A stretch of 64,000 nt of DNA, taken from contig OZ024741.1 of assembly GCA_964016885.1 (NCBI GenBank), positions 56,730,001 through 56,794,000 on the forward strand. The letters run 5' to 3'. The position numbers and the translations under genes were made by a program. Origin of the DNA: Eledone cirrhosa (Eukaryota). The notes under the pieces were generated by a model. That model saw nothing but the letters and a program-made list of their open reading frames with translations. It did no database searches and was not told the origin of the DNA. This document shows positions 30,298 through 43,552 of this stretch, one piece after another; within the stretch, counting starts at the first letter, position 1, and each line of letters starts with the position of its first letter.

Positions 30298-31005
30298 TTC
30301 TTTTTTTTTAATTTTATTTTTTATTTATTTATTTTATTTTATTTTATTTTATTTTTTATTTTTTTCTCCTCGTGCAATGGCCATACTCGATAACGAGGGG
30401 GCAGCCATCATGTATGTATGTATGTATGTATGTATGTATGTATGTATGTATGTATGTATGTATGTATGTATGTATATGTATGTGTGTATGTATAGTGAGT
30501 GGAGAAAGTGCATAAAGGGCAGTTGCAAAACTTTTGAGGAATGTCGTCTAGAACATAAACAACTGAAGTGTCAGCCCGGAAGAGGTGTGCTCAGTCTTGA
30601 TGAAGTCATCAATAGTTGGACATGCAATTTCTGTCAGCGTGTACTCCTCTCAAAGCCTGGTAATGTTAACCACCTGAAGTCACATGAAAGGATAACCACC
30701 CACAACATCACTCAACAAAGAACTGGCGAAACAACGTGTGTGATATGCAACAAAGTGTGTAGAACTAGTTCTGGACTAAAGAAACACATGGTGGTACATA
30801 AAGATAGTGTCTCACAGGGTGACTCCCACCGGTCCTGTGGAAAGCACAACTCTCTTCTGTCACCTGTGTTGTACACCATGCAGATCTACAGCTGGCCTAC
30901 AAAGTCATCTACGAAGTCATGGACGCAGATGGGATGATAACGAAGAATCAATAAGAGACGGCAATCGTCTGTAAAGACGCTGTAATCCTCGCGTATGCAT
31001 CTATG
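29110..31005 (+). mobile_element. Three stacked RTE 3' ends encoding C2H2 fingers, each followed by (TGTA)n
   Basis: LYGELLHGKR..RFKDCL (RTE C-terminus), CSICTKVC..H...H, CQTCGREC..H..H and CVICNKVC..H..H. Terminal hairpin atggccatactcgataacgagggggcagccat at 30378-30408. Confidence 0.75.
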
Positions 31006-31084
31006 TATGTATGTATGTATATATGTATATATGTATGTATGCATGCAGGCATTCATGTATGTATGCATGTATGTATGTATGTAT

Positions 31085-31670
31085 GTTATCTCTTTCTCTT
31101 AATTTCGAGTATATTTTTTTGACCGGCCACCTTCCTGGTGGCAAGGTTGTAAAAGAAAAGAAATTGTCATCCCTTGAATCGCAAGAATGTTTTGCAAATT
31201 TTGAAGGTTCCAGCTATTGCAGCCATTTGTAGACTATGAATTAGGGAGCTGCGCTTTTTGTCCGCAAATCCAAGTTCAGTCATACTTTGGTCCGAGCGGG
31301 TTGGTATATAACCCATAGCTCCAATAATGATGGGTATGAAGCTAAAGGTGTATCTTGGATACTGGATTTGTAAACTCCTCATCAATGGTCCGTAGATGTC
31401 CTCCTTCTCCTGTATTTTTCTGACAACGTTTACATCAAGTGGCAAGCTGATCTCCACAACAGAACACGTTTTCAATGTGTGGTACCAAACAACAATATCA
31501 GGCCGGTTGTGCTTTAATTTGGTGGCAGTTTTTATTTTCAGGTTCCACCAGTATTCCTTAGAGCCATCTGTCTCAATATATTCTTCCTCGTTTGTTTTTA
31601 ATTTTGTTTTCCGAAGTGCGTTCCAGATGGTTCTAGCTATCCCATCGTGTCTCATGGGGAGGTGGTAGCG
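31085..31670 (-). mobile_element. 3' fragment of the same R4/Dong family (RLE domain)
   Basis: RHD..HNRPDIVVW..EISLP..IPIIIGAMG, closely similar to 7683-8220. (TATG)n on both sides. Confidence 0.88.
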
Positions 31671-31729
31671 AGATGTATGTATGTGCGTATGTTGTATGTA
31701 TGTATGTATGGCCATCCAAAATCACCGGG

Positions 31730-32190
31730 AGAGATGACCCCTTAGCCTTTGTCAAGGCAGAATTCTAGGAGAAGGAAAACTCTGATATAACACCTGCAAC
31801 CCTGATGGTATTCAATGATGTTGACTTGTTCTTCTTTTTGGTAAATATCATCTTGGTTAAGAGAGTGGGACTGGCTTTGTGCAGTGCCTTTGCTCACTAT
31901 AAAAGCTTCACGGCACAGGCATTGCTTTATATCTGGAGATCTCTCTGCACTTGTCGTCACATGGTACCATGGGCCCAGCACTATGTGTCAATAATTGTCA
32001 CAAGTGTAGTGTTTGTACCAGAGTTTTCAAGTCGCTGGCTGGACTAAAAAGTCACACTCGTTCAGCGCATCGGTAGGGGTTCTCCTACATGGATATAAAG
32101 TAGTGGCCGTACTCGAAAACGAGTTGGCAGCCACCATGTATGTATGTATGTATGTATGTATGTATGTATGTATGTATGTATGTATGTATG
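31730..32190 (+). mobile_element. Related bipartite RTE-derived element (another partial copy at 20520-20710, -)
   Basis: ctaggagaaggaaaactctga ... ggcagccacca(tgta)n. Confidence 0.6.
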
Positions 32191-33371
32191 TATGTATTTA
32201 TTTATGTTTGTGTGTATGTATGTATGTGTGTGTGTGTGAATGCATGTATGTATGTATGTATGTATGTTTGTGTGTGTGTATGTATGTATGTATGTATGTA
32301 TGTATGTATGTATGTATGTATGTATTTATTTATGTTTGTGTGTATGTATGTATGTATGTATGTGTGTGTGTGTATGAATGCATGTATGTATGTTTGTGTG
32401 TGTGTATGTATGTATGTATGTATGTATGTATGTATGTATGTATGTATGTATGTATGCATCTATGTATGATTCTAAACAGAAAGTTTGAGAGAACACCATG
32501 TTGGCAGCATACTGCAAGACGAATGGAGGAAATTTAAGATAAAGTCAACAGATAAGTGGTATATACAATGACTGTTGCATTCATAGAGAATATAAATGTC
32601 ATCCTCTTATGAGACATTCATTCATCAGAGCAGACAGGCAGATTAAAGCTAAGAGAACAAGTAGCTTAATAAAGGGAGAGAATATGTACGTTCATTAATA
32701 TCAACATTTCTGGTTATATACAATAATATTTACAAATAGTCATACAAAACATATTTATCTAGGCAGCTAAATATGTTTGTATGTTTGCATGTATGTATGT
32801 TTGTATGCATGCATGTATGTATGTATGTATGCACGCATGTATGTATGTATGTTTGTATGCACGCATGTATGTATGTATGGTTATATGCACGCATGTATGT
32901 ATGTATGTATGTATGCATGTTTGTGTGTATGTATGTATGTTTGTATGCATGCATGTATGTAGGCAGGAATGTATGTATACCTGCATGTATGTATGCATGC
33001 ATGTATGTATGTATGTATGTATGTATGCATGTCTGTATGTATGTATGCCTGTATGTATGTATGTATGTATGTATGTATGTATGTATGTATGTATGCATGC
33101 CTGTATGTATGTATGTATGTATGTATGTATGTATGTATGTATGTATGTATGTATGTATGCATGTATGCATGCCTGTATGCCTGTATGTATGTATGTATGT
33201 ATGTATGTATGTATGTATGTATGTATGTATGTATACTGCAGGCCTGTCACTAATAAAGTGACAAGGATTTTTTGTTTGAACCAAAAAAGTTCCAGGGATT
33301 TGTGAATATGACAGTAAGACTGTACACACACACAACACACAGATGTATATGTATATGTATATGAATGTATA

Positions 33372-33452
<81 letters not shown>

Positions 33453-33513
33453 GTGTGTATGTTGTGTGTGTTTAAACACACACACATACACACACACGCT
33501 TATGCATGTATGC

Positions 33514-33569
<56 letters not shown>

Positions 33570-33867
33570 ATGTGCGTGTGTGTGTGTATTTATACACACA
33601 CGCGCACAAATATATGCAGATTACACACCCATTACATAAACGTATAATAGATGTACATGTCTTTTTAGATGTGTGTCTGTACATTTTCATTTCAGGAAGC
33701 TGAAATAGAATATCTTTGGAACGTCCTACAAATATCCACTGCGGCACTAATTGATTAGATTTGGTAGATATAAATTGGTTTACATTTGAAGAGAAACTCT
33801 GGAGTGATTGTTGCACAGATAACATATGGTGAATATGTTATTGGATTAATAACTGCATATAAGTAGA

Positions 33868-34190
33868 AGGTGCAGCGAATTTGAAGAATCGTTAGAACGT
33901 TGGATAGAATGCTTTGTGGTATTAGCTCCAGCGCTCTGCTTTCGCTGAGTTCAAATCCCGCCGAGGTCAACTTTGCCTTTCGATAAAAAAAGTAGCAGTC
34001 TAATACTGGCATTGATTCTTCCTCTATATCTCTTTCTCACTTCTTCTCTGTCACTTTCTAACCTTCTCTGGAAGAAATCTGCTATACTCAGACCTGAAGA
34101 AGTATGGGCCCCGACAGGCTTAAGATGCCCAAGAAACGCCGTATGTCACTACGGCGCCCTTACGATTCCATCAGGAGTTACGCGTCCATA
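33868..34190 (+). mobile_element. SINE family 1 head/core with an alternative 3' tail
   Basis: Same B-box and core but tail ending ccatcaggagttacg(c/g)gtccata. Copies at 11260-11545(-), 20035-20345(-), 35235-35495(+) and 45605-45935(+). Confidence 0.65.
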
Positions 34191-34208
34191 GCATACTCCA
34201 TATATAGA

Positions 34209-34535
34209 AGGTGCGTAGCTTAGTGATTATGGATGTTCGACTCACGAATATTTGGTCATGAGTTCCATTCCCGACCCCGCGTTGTGTCTTTGAGCAAGTC
34301 TCGTTATTTCATGTTGTATTAGATCACTCAGCTGGCAAAAATAAATTGCACTTGCCTGTAATTCAAAGGGCCAGCCTTGTTACACACTGCGTGTGACGCT
34401 GAATCTCCAGGAGAACTGCATTATGAATATAAATGTATGTGCAATGCTCTGTCACCTGCAGGTTAATTTCACGGGCAAGCTATTCCTTTGATCAAACAAC
34501 TGGAAAATTCGTTGTCGTCGCCGACGGCTGCCCAA
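34209..34535 (+). mobile_element. tRNA-derived CORE-type SINE family 2
   Basis: A-box tagcttagtg, B-box gagttccattc, CORE-like tgtgtctttgagcaagtc. Copies at 22770-23140(+), 28640-28955(-), 36757-37040(+) and 42585-42860(-). Confidence 0.8.
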
Positions 34536-34743
34536 TACATACGTTATATGTGTGGCATAATGAATTGTATAATTGTCAGAGAACCTTTACGCCAGGAGAA
34601 GACAGATTAGTATAGTACTATGGGCGAATTACAAATGCACAAGGATCTATGGGGGTAAAATTATGTTAAGCAAACGGTTTCGTTGATTAAACAACTGAAA
34701 CACTCGTCGGAAGCAACCGATGTCCAAAAAGCTCTCTCTTTCT

Positions 34744-34779
<36 letters not shown>

Positions 34780-34791
34780 GACAGCACACAC

Positions 34792-34839
<48 letters not shown>

Positions 34840-34957
34840 TCATATATACACAATAAAACTTAGATTCTTCCAATTGTAGAAGAAATATTAAACTAAAGTA
34901 TCTGCTTACCCACTCAAAACCCATCAATCTATTTATCTCTTTATCTCTCTCTATCCA

Positions 34958-34997
<40 letters not shown>

Positions 34998-35564
34998 CGA
35001 AACTAAATTAGTAATCTTCAAGAAACTAGGCCTGTTACTTTGTTTCCTTGTTAATTAAAGTAGAAATATATCGTGGTAAGTAACCATTTTTTTGTTGATT
35101 AGGCAAGTTAAAAACTGTATTTTAAATATAATTCGGCGCTAAACATTTCATCTCATAACTGGATTATTTTCAATAAGATTCAATACAAAGAAAATCAATT
35201 CCTATTAAAGTCTGTTGAAAGTATTTCTAAAGTTAGGCGGCGAATTAGCTGAGTTATTTGAATATCCCATAGAATACCTTGAGGCATTTTTCCGACCCTC
35301 ACCACTCTAAATTTAACTGCTATTTTGAGGTTCATAAAAAATTTCCAGCATTATCGAGTTCGATTTCTCCTCTATATATATTTCTCATTTTCCTTCTCTC
35401 TGGAAGAAATCGACTTCGCCAGATTTAAAGCGTCCTAGACACGCTGTATGTCACGACTGCAACACCAAGACTCTATAAGGAGTTACGGGTCAATATATTT
35501 CTAAAGTTAGTAATTGAACCGATTTACATTTGATACATAACACTGATGTCGCAACTTCTCATAT

Positions 35565-36100
35565 TCTTCTTCTTCTTCTTCTTCTTCTTCTTCTTCGCCC
35601 ACTTATTCCTGAGTGGGTCGTGCAGGCAGACTAAGCTTCAAGAGACAAATCCTCCCTCCTAATGGGATCCAGTCCATAACACATTCTGACAGCTGTAGTA
35701 TTATGAGTATCCCCACTCCTGCCTGTGCAGTCATTTCTTGCGCCACACCTGAATAGTGGAGTTTCCATCCTCCATCGAAATCTACTGTACCAGAGCCACG
35801 GAACTTTGTTGAGGAAACCCCGTCTATATCTAACCTGTAGCCTACTCCACTAGTTCCTGCTCCATTTCTGTGAGGGTTGTGATGTCCCAGGTTCCAATTA
35901 TCAAGGTTTGCTCCCTTCCGACCCTCTTTTGGGTCTCGGGATATATAATCTTTGTGCTCCCATCCCATGCCAACCAGGACAGGTCGCAGTCCCGCCAGTT
36001 TTTACACCATGAAATGGAGACTACAATATATTTTCCGAACAAGCCCCTCTACCTAAGGCCTGAACGTGTCCCTTGTTAACTCGTACGAAGGACGATACAG
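35565..36100 (-). mobile_element. Internally deleted RTE-like element: endonuclease N-terminus fused to the 3' terminus with (GAA)n tail
   Basis: IGTWDITTL, RLDIDGVSSTKFRGSG..AGVGIL. Terminus cttcgcccacttattcctgag is shared with 50207-50227. Confidence 0.7.
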
Positions 36101-36496
36101 TATTATTCATATTCGCATTGTTTCTTTAAAACAAATGATCGTGCGATCACTCAAACGAAAGCCAAATAGAGCTGTGTGGCTAACGTGTTCGCTTCGCAAT
36201 CACGTCGCAATTGAGTGGCTCCTGCTTTGGTAAATGTCGTCTACTATAGTCTTGTGTTGAACAATTCCTTATGAGTGGAATTTAGCAGAGAAAGATTGTG
36301 CAGAAGTACGTCATGAACATTATATATATATATATCGCCAGAGAAACGATTGTAATATGTCCAATAAATTCCATTCCTGGCAACACTGATTCTCTTTTTT
36401 TCTGTGATATATATATTACAATCGTTTCTCTGGCGACCAGCTCGGGGCAGCATCCAGTGCTCATACGGCCTACGGACGCTTTAAGCATCCAACACC

Positions 36497-36559
<63 letters not shown>

Positions 36560-36560
<1 letters not shown>

Positions 36561-36701
36561 TCGGAGTCCAGAAATACCCGTTAAACGGCTTGAGCTCTGC
36601 CGTCGGGGTCATACATTTTCCTATTACCCACTCTACTACCCTAAGTATTGAGTACTCTGGTGCGTTATGGTCCATTTGGTTCCTTACCACAACTCCTTCG
36701 T

Positions 36702-36702
<1 letters not shown>
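36560..36702 (+). mobile_element. Short (TA)n-embedded element family carrying the 3' half of a hammerhead
   Basis: aaacggc ttgagctct gccgTC ggggtc...ctaccctaagtattgagtactctggtgcgttatggtcc...ccttcgtt. Copies at 757-849(-), 11631-11768(+), 14232-14395(-), 14725-14923(-) and 57815-57860(-). Confidence 0.75.
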
Positions 36703-36746
<44 letters not shown>

Positions 36747-37039
36747 GTGTGTGTGTCATAAGGTCGTGAGTTCGATTCCCGGCGGTGCGTTTTATTCTTG
36801 AGCAAGACACATTATTTCACGTCACTCTAGTCCATTCAGCTGGCAAAAATGAGCTATACCTGTAATTCGAATAGCCAGCCTTGTCCCATTGTATCTCACG
36901 CTGAATCTCCCTGAGAACTACGTTAAGGGTTCGCGTGTCTGTGGAATGCTCAGCCAATTACACGTTAATTTCACGAGCAGGCTATTCCGTTTATAGTATC
37001 AACAGGAAGGAACACTCATCGTAACCGACGAAGTGCCAG

Positions 37040-37112
<73 letters not shown>

Positions 37113-37867
37113 TGTGTGAGTATGTGTGTGTGTGTGCATATTTACTATTTGCTTGTCTGCCGTAATCTAGAGATTCGACAAATATAGATCGATACAATCC
37201 GAACCAGACTTTTAAAATTTAGTTCTGAAAACGATATGATCGATAAAATCTCTTGCCCTAGTATTGCCGCAATCTAATGATTTGCCGACAGTAAAAGAAT
37301 TTAAAAATATATTTCCCATTTTTTTGTCCCCTGCTAATCGAATTTGCAACCTGATTTCGATTCAAGGTGGAAGCGAGTTATTTTAATTAATTCTAATGTC
37401 ATTAATCCCCACCCTTGAAAAATACATGGATGTCACATTCTTTTCTCCAAAAAATCTATAAATTTTTGTTGTTGTTTCTTAATCCTTTCGTTATCACATT
37501 TCTTATAAAATTGCTTATGATCTTCGATTAATTTGGAAGATAATCAAGAATTTGAAGGGATTTTGTAATATCACTAGTTTTTTTTTTTGTTTTTTTGTTT
37601 TTTCATGATTAAGCTGATGCTTGGAACATAACTTAAAACTATCTTACATAGAAATATGACGGAAAGTTTGACACTTTAACATCGGGTTTGTATCATAGGT
37701 TTAGTATTAAAAGTACATCTTGAAATATGTTCCTGATGCTGTGTTGTATTTCTAGATAAGAAACGTAATATTAAGTTAATAGTATTTCGAATAACTATTA
37801 TTAACTAATACATAACCCAGTGTTTTTAACAAAGCAATATTACCGGATTGTAATACATATATATATA

Positions 37868-37952
37868 CAGGGTGTCCTAAAAAATGTATACACGATTCTA
37901 ATAAATATTGCCTGTACAATCAAAGTGTGTATACATTTTTTTAGATATCCTG
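37868..37952. mobile_element. Tc1/mariner-type MITE
   Basis: TIR cagggtgtcc.aaaaatgtatacac flanked by TA. Related copies at 3592-3819, 21474-21575 and 41929-42026. Confidence 0.8.
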
Positions 37953-37968
37953 TATATGTATGTGTATC

Positions 37969-38017
<49 letters not shown>

Positions 38018-38038
38018 AAAAAAAATATATATATATCC

Positions 38039-38072
<34 letters not shown>

Positions 38073-38377
38073 TAATATATAAATGCATGCTTTTTCACTG
38101 CAAGTATGTAAAAAATATAAGTAAAAAATTTGAGAGAAAATATTTAACAGCTTGCAAAATATGAGAACAGACTTTTAAATACCAATTAACCATTATTCGA
38201 TAAGTTAACATAACCAATCAAATCTGCTAATATTTGATAAAACTGAAATTCATTTTAAGCAACGAATATAGAAATAATTATTTTGTCGGATTAAATAAAA
38301 AAATAGACGAATGTTATTTGCTTTTCATGGTTAACTTTTTACCTATGATTTTACATTTGTATGGAACTTTAGTCCCT

Positions 38378-38435
<58 letters not shown>

Positions 38436-38597
38436 ATAATAATGATAATAATAATTGTTTCTACTTTAGGCACAAGGCCAGCAATTACCCAGTGCATTAC
38501 TGGTACTTTATTTTATCGACCCCGTAAGGATGCAAGGCAAAGTCAACCTCGGCGGGATTTGAACTCAGATCGTAAAGGGACGTAACTAAGGCCTGGC

Positions 38598-38994
38598 CTG
38601 GTGGTTTTGGATAAGGAAAAAGATCGTGCCCGATTGTAAATGTAGCCTGCCCATTTGACACGAGAGTGAAAGAAAAGGAGAGGGATAAAATTAACCGATA
38701 CCAGGATTTAAAGTGGGAGTTAAAAAGGATTTGGAACTGCCATGAAATCAAAGTCGCCCCGATTGTCATAGGCACACTAGGCACTATCTCAAAGAGTTTC
38801 CAAGGATGGTTAAAGAAGATTAGCCCAGCCCCGCTTTTTGGAACACTTCAAAAGGCATGCTTGCTGGGAACAGCAAGAACCCTCCGATACGTCCTGAATG
38901 TCTGAGGCTGCAGGTAGTGGCTTGATATTCATTTCAACAACCTTTCCAGTTAAATATCATCAATGACTGAGACTCAAAGAACAACAACAACAAC

Positions 38995-39064
<70 letters not shown>
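38598..39064 (+). mobile_element. R4/Dong-type 3' end (RLE) with (AAC)(AAT)n tail
   Basis: VACPFD..KERDKINRYQDL..PIVIGTLG..LQKACLLGTARTLRYVL followed by a short UTR and (AAT)n. Confidence 0.85.
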
Positions 39065-39065
<1 letters not shown>

Positions 39066-39384
39066 GGGAAGAAGACGCACGTGGTGGATAGAGTGCTATG
39101 GATTCGCTCCCGTAAGTTTTTGATTTTTAACATATTTAAAACAATTGTGATATAACAATTGTTAGTACAAATGGGACATAAGGCACCAGTCTTTCTCTCA
39201 GGAAATGAGGACCAATAACAAACACCCTGGCATATGGCTCAAATTGTATTAGAAATTTTATATTCAAAAAAGAAAATGGTTATAAATGGAAGAAAACACC
39301 CTCTGTCTTCACTAAATAGAACAGCCAAATAACGGCAATTTCACCACCACAACCTAAATACACCACCTACCTAGAGTGGGAGGG

Positions 39385-39430
39385 ATCGTGCTGATGAGAA
39401 CCACTTCAGTTCGAAATGTGCATCCATGAT
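39385..39430 (+). ncRNA. Type I hammerhead ribozyme, canonical core
   Basis: atcgtg-CTGATGA-gaac cacttca gttc-GAAA-t gtgc a-TC-catgat. Confidence 0.85.
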
Positions 39431-39644
39431 TGTCCCCCTTGCTTCTGCTGGACACCGCCAGATGGTGTTAGTCGCTGGTGTTTGGGCATAGCTACGGCTC
39501 TCTAAATGTTTATTTTAAACATAGCGTATTTCCTCTGAAATACCAAATTCCAATACATATCTGTATACAACTATGCCTGAAGCTAAATTGTAATTCAATT
39601 ATATATATATATATACAACTATTCCTGAAGCTAAATTGTAATTC

Positions 39645-39698
<54 letters not shown>

Positions 39699-42023
39699 GA
39701 CACGTATATAATTTACACGTATACTCAGGTGAGAATATAAAGGGAGGGGATATGAGGGACACACTCTAAACTCTTGGCTAGACAACATATCTCAGTTTTG
39801 ATTTGCGGGACAAGATGGAGAATGCGTTGCCACAGAGTACACCCATCGATACCCGCTGCAAGAACAATTCCACTTCACGGGGCTCACTTCTTCCTCAGAC
39901 GTTCCGATTTAGCAGAGGAAAATGGCTCTCCGGAGATCGAAGACATCGAATGATTCAGTAGCGCCCGACGCAAAAAAACATACGGTTAATCAATGCCTGG
40001 TATATAGTCATCTTTTGCTCCTCTCAGTTCCGAGCAACCGCGCCCGGGATTGTGGCCGAGGCAATGTGGTTGTCATTGGAGAAAGGGTTGTAACATGCGG
40101 TGTCGTAGATACGTGACCTATCTCACTCACGTGGAAAAAAGGTTTATCCCATCTCGGTATCTACCGACAAATACCAGTTGTGACGGATAGATCCAAATAT
40201 GAATTTGATTTCTAATTTAGGCAAAAGGCCAGCAAATTTGGGGAAGATCAAATTTGATTAAATCTACCCCAGTACATGACTGGCACTTTATTTGTTCGAC
40301 CATAAGGCTGAAATGCAGAGTTGGTCTCGGCGAGATTTGAACTCAGAATGTAAGGAGCCAGAACAAATACCACAATAACACTTTATCCGTCGTTCTACAA
40401 ATTCTGCCAATCTACCACCCTTGGATTCTATAAATATTGGTTTCTACTTTAGGCACAAGGCCAACAATTTTTAGGGAGGGGAAAGTCAATTAAATCTACC
40501 CCAGTGCGTTACTGGTACTTTATTTTATCGACCCCGTAAGGATGAAAGGCAAAGTTAACCTCGGCAGGGATTAAACTCAGATCATAAAGGGCCGTAACTC
40601 TATGCTATAATGTATGTTGCCCGACGCTCCACCGATACTGCCAATCCACCGCCCTTAAGAATCCTATAAATATTAAACACACGAAATGCATCTCACTTCA
40701 TCTCGATCATGTGTGATATTCTAGAGCAAAAGCAACACGCATTTACAGATATTCATTTGAAGTTGAAAAGAGAAGGGGATCAGTCGGTATAACAGCCTGG
40801 GGTTCGGTGAAGTAAGGAAAAGCCGGAGAATAGCGGATAACTCCTCCCTAAAACTAAACCGTTGGCCCACTTGAACTTTGAGAGGAGCGCCTAGAAAGGG
40901 GCTCCGTGAGATAGAATGGCTGATGCAGCGGGTATCGCTGGCTGTTCTCTGCAGTAATGATTTCGCCATATTGTTCACGAAGTGCATTTGAGATATATCA
41001 TCCAAAGAGTTTAAAGCTTGTCCCTTCTCAATTCTTCTACACCTTTCTTTCCTTCTATCTTTCTTTCTTTCTTCCTGTCATTCACAAAGAAGAATTACAT
41101 ATCAAATAACATTGAGCAGAGTTCCGCAGCTACACTCTACTATTGATTTTTTATTTTAGGCACAAGGCCAACAATTTGAGAAAAGAGGAAATCGATTACA
41201 TCCATCTCAGTACATGACTGGTACTTTCTGTTATCGATCTCGGAAGGATGAAAGGCAAAGTTGACCTGGGAGGCATTAGTTTTCAGAATGTAATGAACCG
41301 TAACTAAACGCTGCGAAACATTTTGTCCTGCGGTCTAACAATTCTGCCAATCCTTCGCCTTGCTACGCTGTAATATTGATTCCTAAAATTGATGGTAGAT
41401 AGCCGCATATTTTATGATGTGTTAAAGTCAATTTTATTGACCCAGTACTTGACTGGTACTTTACATTATCGATTAGAATGATGAAAAGAAAATTTGATCT
41501 CAGTGGGATTTGAACATATAACGGAAAGAGTTTTATATAAATACTGCAAGGCATTCTGCCAATTCAAGGCCTCTTGCCAATCTACGCTATAACATAAATA
41601 TTGATATGTGGTTATATTAATATTGACATGTGGTTACTATAAATTGGAAAAGAGCGGGGTAGTGTCAGGATGAATTTCTTTACTTATAAATGTGATTGGT
41701 GGAACCTAACAAAAATATGCTTGCAACCTATCAAATCCAAGGAGTGAAGGAAAGTGGATCGGGTGAAAGAAGAGGGGAAGGCTGAAGATGAGAGTAGAGA
41801 GATGGAGAGAGAGAGAGGGAGAGAGAGAGGGGGGGGGCGCAAAGAAGAAATAGAAAGAAGAGAGTTAAGGTCACGAAAAACAAAACGAAGTAGTTTATCA
41901 GTAGAAAGCGTGTCTCACAAATAATATAAAGGGTGTCTCAAAAATGTATACACACTTCAACAGCATTCTAATAAATATTACCTGTAGAGGTAATCAAAGT
42001 GTGTATACATTTTTTTGGACATC

Positions 42024-42218
<195 letters not shown>

Positions 42219-43116
42219 CAGAAAAGGCACACAGATAAACAGTTACATAAGACAAACAAACAACTACATCCTTATCTCGTCAGCCACATTAAGGCTTTCG
42301 ACAAAAACAGAGATAAATACGTAAAGAATTACGACTAGAAATACAGAGACAAGAAACTTTTGACTGAATTAATACAATGTAAAATGTGCAATATGTTAAT
42401 GCTGGAAAGCTGGGAGTCCCAATAATATCTAGGAGTCGATATGAAATAAGGTCCTCGCTTTAGATTTAGTAGTTTGAAATATATAACAATTTCTCGAGCG
42501 TATTTTTGCTTTTTCGTTACTGTGGTAACAATCAATTAGCTTCACGTCTTTATACCATCGGTATAGGGCAAAATCAATGAATCTCCGTGGGTTTCGACGA
42601 TGACGTTCCAGCTGTTAGATCAACGGATGAGAACGCTCGTGAAATTAACGTGCAGGAACATAATTCTTAGGAAGAATCGGCTTGACAGTGTGTGACAAGG
42701 GTGAATTAAAGATACAATCCATCCTGTGGGCTTCATGCCAGTGTCTGACAAATCACAAATCGCCTGAAACTACGATATACGACACTTGTCATGTAGCGGG
42801 ATTGAACCTAGGACCTTATGATTTCGAAGCGAACTTTTTAACCATTCAACCATGTTGACTCCACCGATTATAAGAATATTTTAATTCTATCACAAGGATA
42901 TGGTTCTATATGATGATAAATAAAATAATTTTGTGAGGAAAAACGTTGTTGTAGTTTAGTGATTTGGGATGGAACTCGGAACCTCATGATTGCAAAGTGA
43001 ACTTCTTAACCAAACGACCATGCTGCATCTATCAATGACCACCGAAACACCTCCCTACTCCCTGCTATCGAAGCGGAGTTGGCAATCTGCAGGAGTGAGC
43101 TCCATGAGTTGGAATG

Positions 43117-43311
43117 CAGACCTGTCAAATCTCCCCGTCCGACAGGGAGATCTCCCACTCACTTTGAGGTGAGTGAGGGATGTCTTCACTTGTGAAAATG
43201 GGTATCGTTTTCATTATGTAAAACCTCCCCATTTTGCCTAATTTCTCCCCGTTTTGGGGCACTTTTTTTCATGGGACTCCCCGTTTGGGATTTTAGAGGT
43301 TGGTAGGTCTG
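43117..43311. mobile_element. MITE with cagacct.. TIRs and 6-bp TSD (hAT-like)
   Basis: cagacctgtcaa ... ttggtaggtctg, with ggaatg duplicated at 43111-43116 and 43312-43317. Confidence 0.7.
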
Positions 43312-43493
43312 GGAATGGTTATTTCAACTTGTTTCTCTCGATATCCTCTTTGGTACCGCTTTCTCCATTCTGTTCGTTGAGACCATGAGACAGCTTCCGT
43401 CTGGGGGTTCTGGACGCCAGGGAGCGTTCTACCACACTGTCCAGTCTTCTATCATTGGGGTAGCGATGGTATATTTTGCTGATAAATAGTTAT

Positions 43494-43552
<59 letters not shown>

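Noticed and set aside
29684-30937. Host C2H2 zinc-finger gene
   Set aside because: No TGEKP linkers, fingers are contiguous with RTE C-terminal motifs and tails, and frames are broken
40721-41005. 94-aa ORF as a host exon
   Set aside because: No recognisable homology, and no polypyrimidine acceptor on that strand
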